Of a DNA stretch of 64,000 bases, positions 62,504-64,000 are shown piece after piece. Location of the stretch: positions 1 through 64,000 of the forward strand of contig CAVVOB010000032.1 of the NCBI GenBank assembly GCA_963749655.1, given 5' to 3'. Position numbers and translations under genes: made by a program. Within the stretch, counting starts at the first letter, position 1. Each line of letters starts with the position of its first letter. The stretch comes from Nitrospirota bacterium (GTDB taxonomy: Bacteria > Nitrospirota > UBA9217). The notes under the pieces were generated by a model that saw only the letters and a list, made by a program, of their open reading frames with translations, was not told where the DNA came from and did not search any database.

Positions 62504-64000
62504 TTTTGCGCCTCCGTTTGCGCGGGAGACGCTTCGCTATTACCGTTTACCACCTCAGGGAGATTGTCATAGACTGACTCGACAACGCCTTTCATCTCCT
62601 GGTCAGAAACAGGTAAATACTTGATTTCCTCGCCTGACTCCTGCATCTGCTTAAGATCGACGACCGCACCGACGGGAAGGTCTTCCCCATTGCCTGTTTT
62701 GCCTTTGACGGCATAAAGCACCCAACGGGGGCCTTCCAGGGAAAGGACCATATAGGCGCAGTCCGATACGGCCAGGATAGATTGAGCGCCCAGTTGGGAA
62801 AGGGTCTCGTAGCTCAAAACGATTCCGCTGCCGAGCTCATATCCCGCAGGTACGACGACGGCTTTTGACAATTCATAGACGCCATACGCGGCCCCGCCCG
62901 CTGTCGAGACAGCAGTGCCTCCCGCGAGTGTCGAGGCGGCAATGGTGTTCCCAAAAGTCTGGGTTGCCACCCAGCCGGCCTCGCCCGTAACGAGCAGCGT
63001 ACTTCCCGACGCAACTCCTACAGTGCCTACAGCCGTACCGATAGTTCCTCCACCCACAACAATGCCTGCGCTCGCCAGGGGAACGCCGATGTACTGTACG
63101 CCCTTGCCTGCGGCAAAACCGCCGACTTTAATAACAACGCTTGAAACCTGGCTTAACCCGACTTCACTGATGCCTGCAATAGTTCCTGCTGTGGCTGTCG
63201 CGCCTGCAGCAGCCAAGCCGCCTCCCTTGACTGCGACCCCTGCAGGTTTGCTCAAAATGACCTCTCCGGCTCCTGCAACAGCTCCTGCTGTGACTGTCGC
63301 GCCTGCCGCGGCATACCCCCCACCTTTGACAAGAACGCCGCCGGCTTTGCTCAAGCCGGCTTCGCTGACACCTGCGGCAGGTCCGGCAACGGCTGCTGCG
63401 CCTGCAACCACGTGAGAACCGGTGAAATCGAGCAAACCATATACGCCTGCCACCGCCGCAACGCCAGTCGGCGCCACGATATCATACCCCATCTTCGCGG
63501 TGTCCCACGTGACCTCGACTGCCAGCTTGGTCGTGGCAACTCCCTCACGCACCACGACCATGGAAGGAAATGCAAGACAGTTGACGCTTATATACCCTAC
63601 CGACGCTGCAGTCATCTTCCCGAGGGGTTCGATGGTGGCGTCCCACAATATCCCCTGAAGAACCCACCTCAGCGACTTCAACACCGCCAGACTCAAGCCC
63701 GTTGTCGAACTGTCTTTCAGCTCTTTTCCGGCCATTTTAAAACTCTCCGACACATCAGTCGTATAGTTTTTTGCAGTATCGGTCATGAGATCAACAGAGG
63801 GCTTTGACCATGCGTTGCGCTTTTCGTTTGACTCCCTGATGATCTCGCCGAACTTTGCGTCGGACAGGCTGTCTCCCATCTCGCCGACTCGCTTTTTCAT
63901 TTTCGAAGGAACGGCAACATATCCCCTGACAAAGGCTTTTCCCGCATAAACAAGCGCATCGCCGCTCCTGTTCGCGCTTGCTGCTGAGATGTCCTTCGCC
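62500..64000 (-). CDS. Hypothetical Gly/Ala/Val-rich protein with 33-aa tandem repeats; 5' end beyond the window
   Basis: The frame is open from the window edge (AKDISAASANRSGDALVYAGK...) to the stop at 62500. Confidence 0.75.
   Translation of the reverse strand, partial: AKDISAASANRSGDALVYAGKAFVRGYVAVPSKMKKRVGEMGDSLSDAKFGEIIRESNEKRNAWSKPSVDLMTDTAKNYTTDVSESFKMAGKELKDSSTTGLSLAVLKSLRWVLQGILWDATIEPLGKMTAASVGYISVNCLAFPSMVVVREGVATTKLAVEVTWDTAKMGYDIVAPTGVAAVAGVYGLLDFTGSHVVAGAAAVAGPAAGVSEAGLSKAGGVLVKGGGYAAAGATVTAGAVAGAGEVILSKPAGVAVKGGGLAAAGATATAGTIAGISEVGLSQVSSVVIKVGGFAAGKGVQYIGVPLASAGIVVGGGTIGTAVGTVGVASGSTLLVTGEAGWVATQTFGNTIAASTLAGGTAVSTAGGAAYGVYELSKAVVVPAGYELGSGIVLSYETLSQLGAQSILAVSDCAYMVLSLEGPRWVLYAVKGKTGNGEDLPVGAVVDLKQMQESGEEIKYLPVSDQEMKGVVESVYDNLPEVVNGNSEASPAQTEAQK
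63109..63405 (-). repeat. Three in-frame 99-bp degenerate tandem repeats
   Basis: AGAAAVAGPAAGVSEAGLSKAGGVLVKGGGYAA / AGATVTAGAVAGAGEVILSKPAGVAVKGGGLAA / AGATATAGTIAGISEVGLSQVSSVVIKVGGFAA; units 2 and 3 match at 32 of their first 36 nt. Confidence 0.85.

Overview
Chromosomal window from a Gram-negative bacterium. The ClpC, NusA and PNPase style and the gene order suggest Nitrospirota or Desulfobacterota (inference). About 43 kb (1-43171) is one cell-envelope supercluster. It has a minus-strand ABC-transporter-dependent (Wzm/Wzt) polysaccharide locus with gmd/fcl, seven SAM methyltransferases, three soluble glycosyltransferases, a hexapeptide acyltransferase, an MBOAT+SGNH pair and a GT-C membrane transferase that the ORF track missed. 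Next come divergent wbaP-galE, waaL and core genes, and a long bamA-skp-lpxD-fabZ-lpxA-lpxI-gnnA-gnnB-lpxB-msbA-DUF374-waaA-lpxK-gmhB-waaF operon that predicts diamino-sugar (GlcN3N) lipid A. The rest holds hemW, a short ArgA-like acetyltransferase, a lipoprotein, clpC, a PgaB-C-like hydrolase, an FAD oxidoreductase, the rimP-nusA-ylxR/L7Ae-infB-DUF503-rbfA-nrnA-truB-rpsO-pnp block, a WbuC cupin and a partial Gly/Ala-rich protein with 33-aa tandem repeats. About 10 single-base frame disruptions are visible, one of them in essential infB, so many are probably consensus errors. No tRNA, rRNA, CRISPR array or mobile element was seen.
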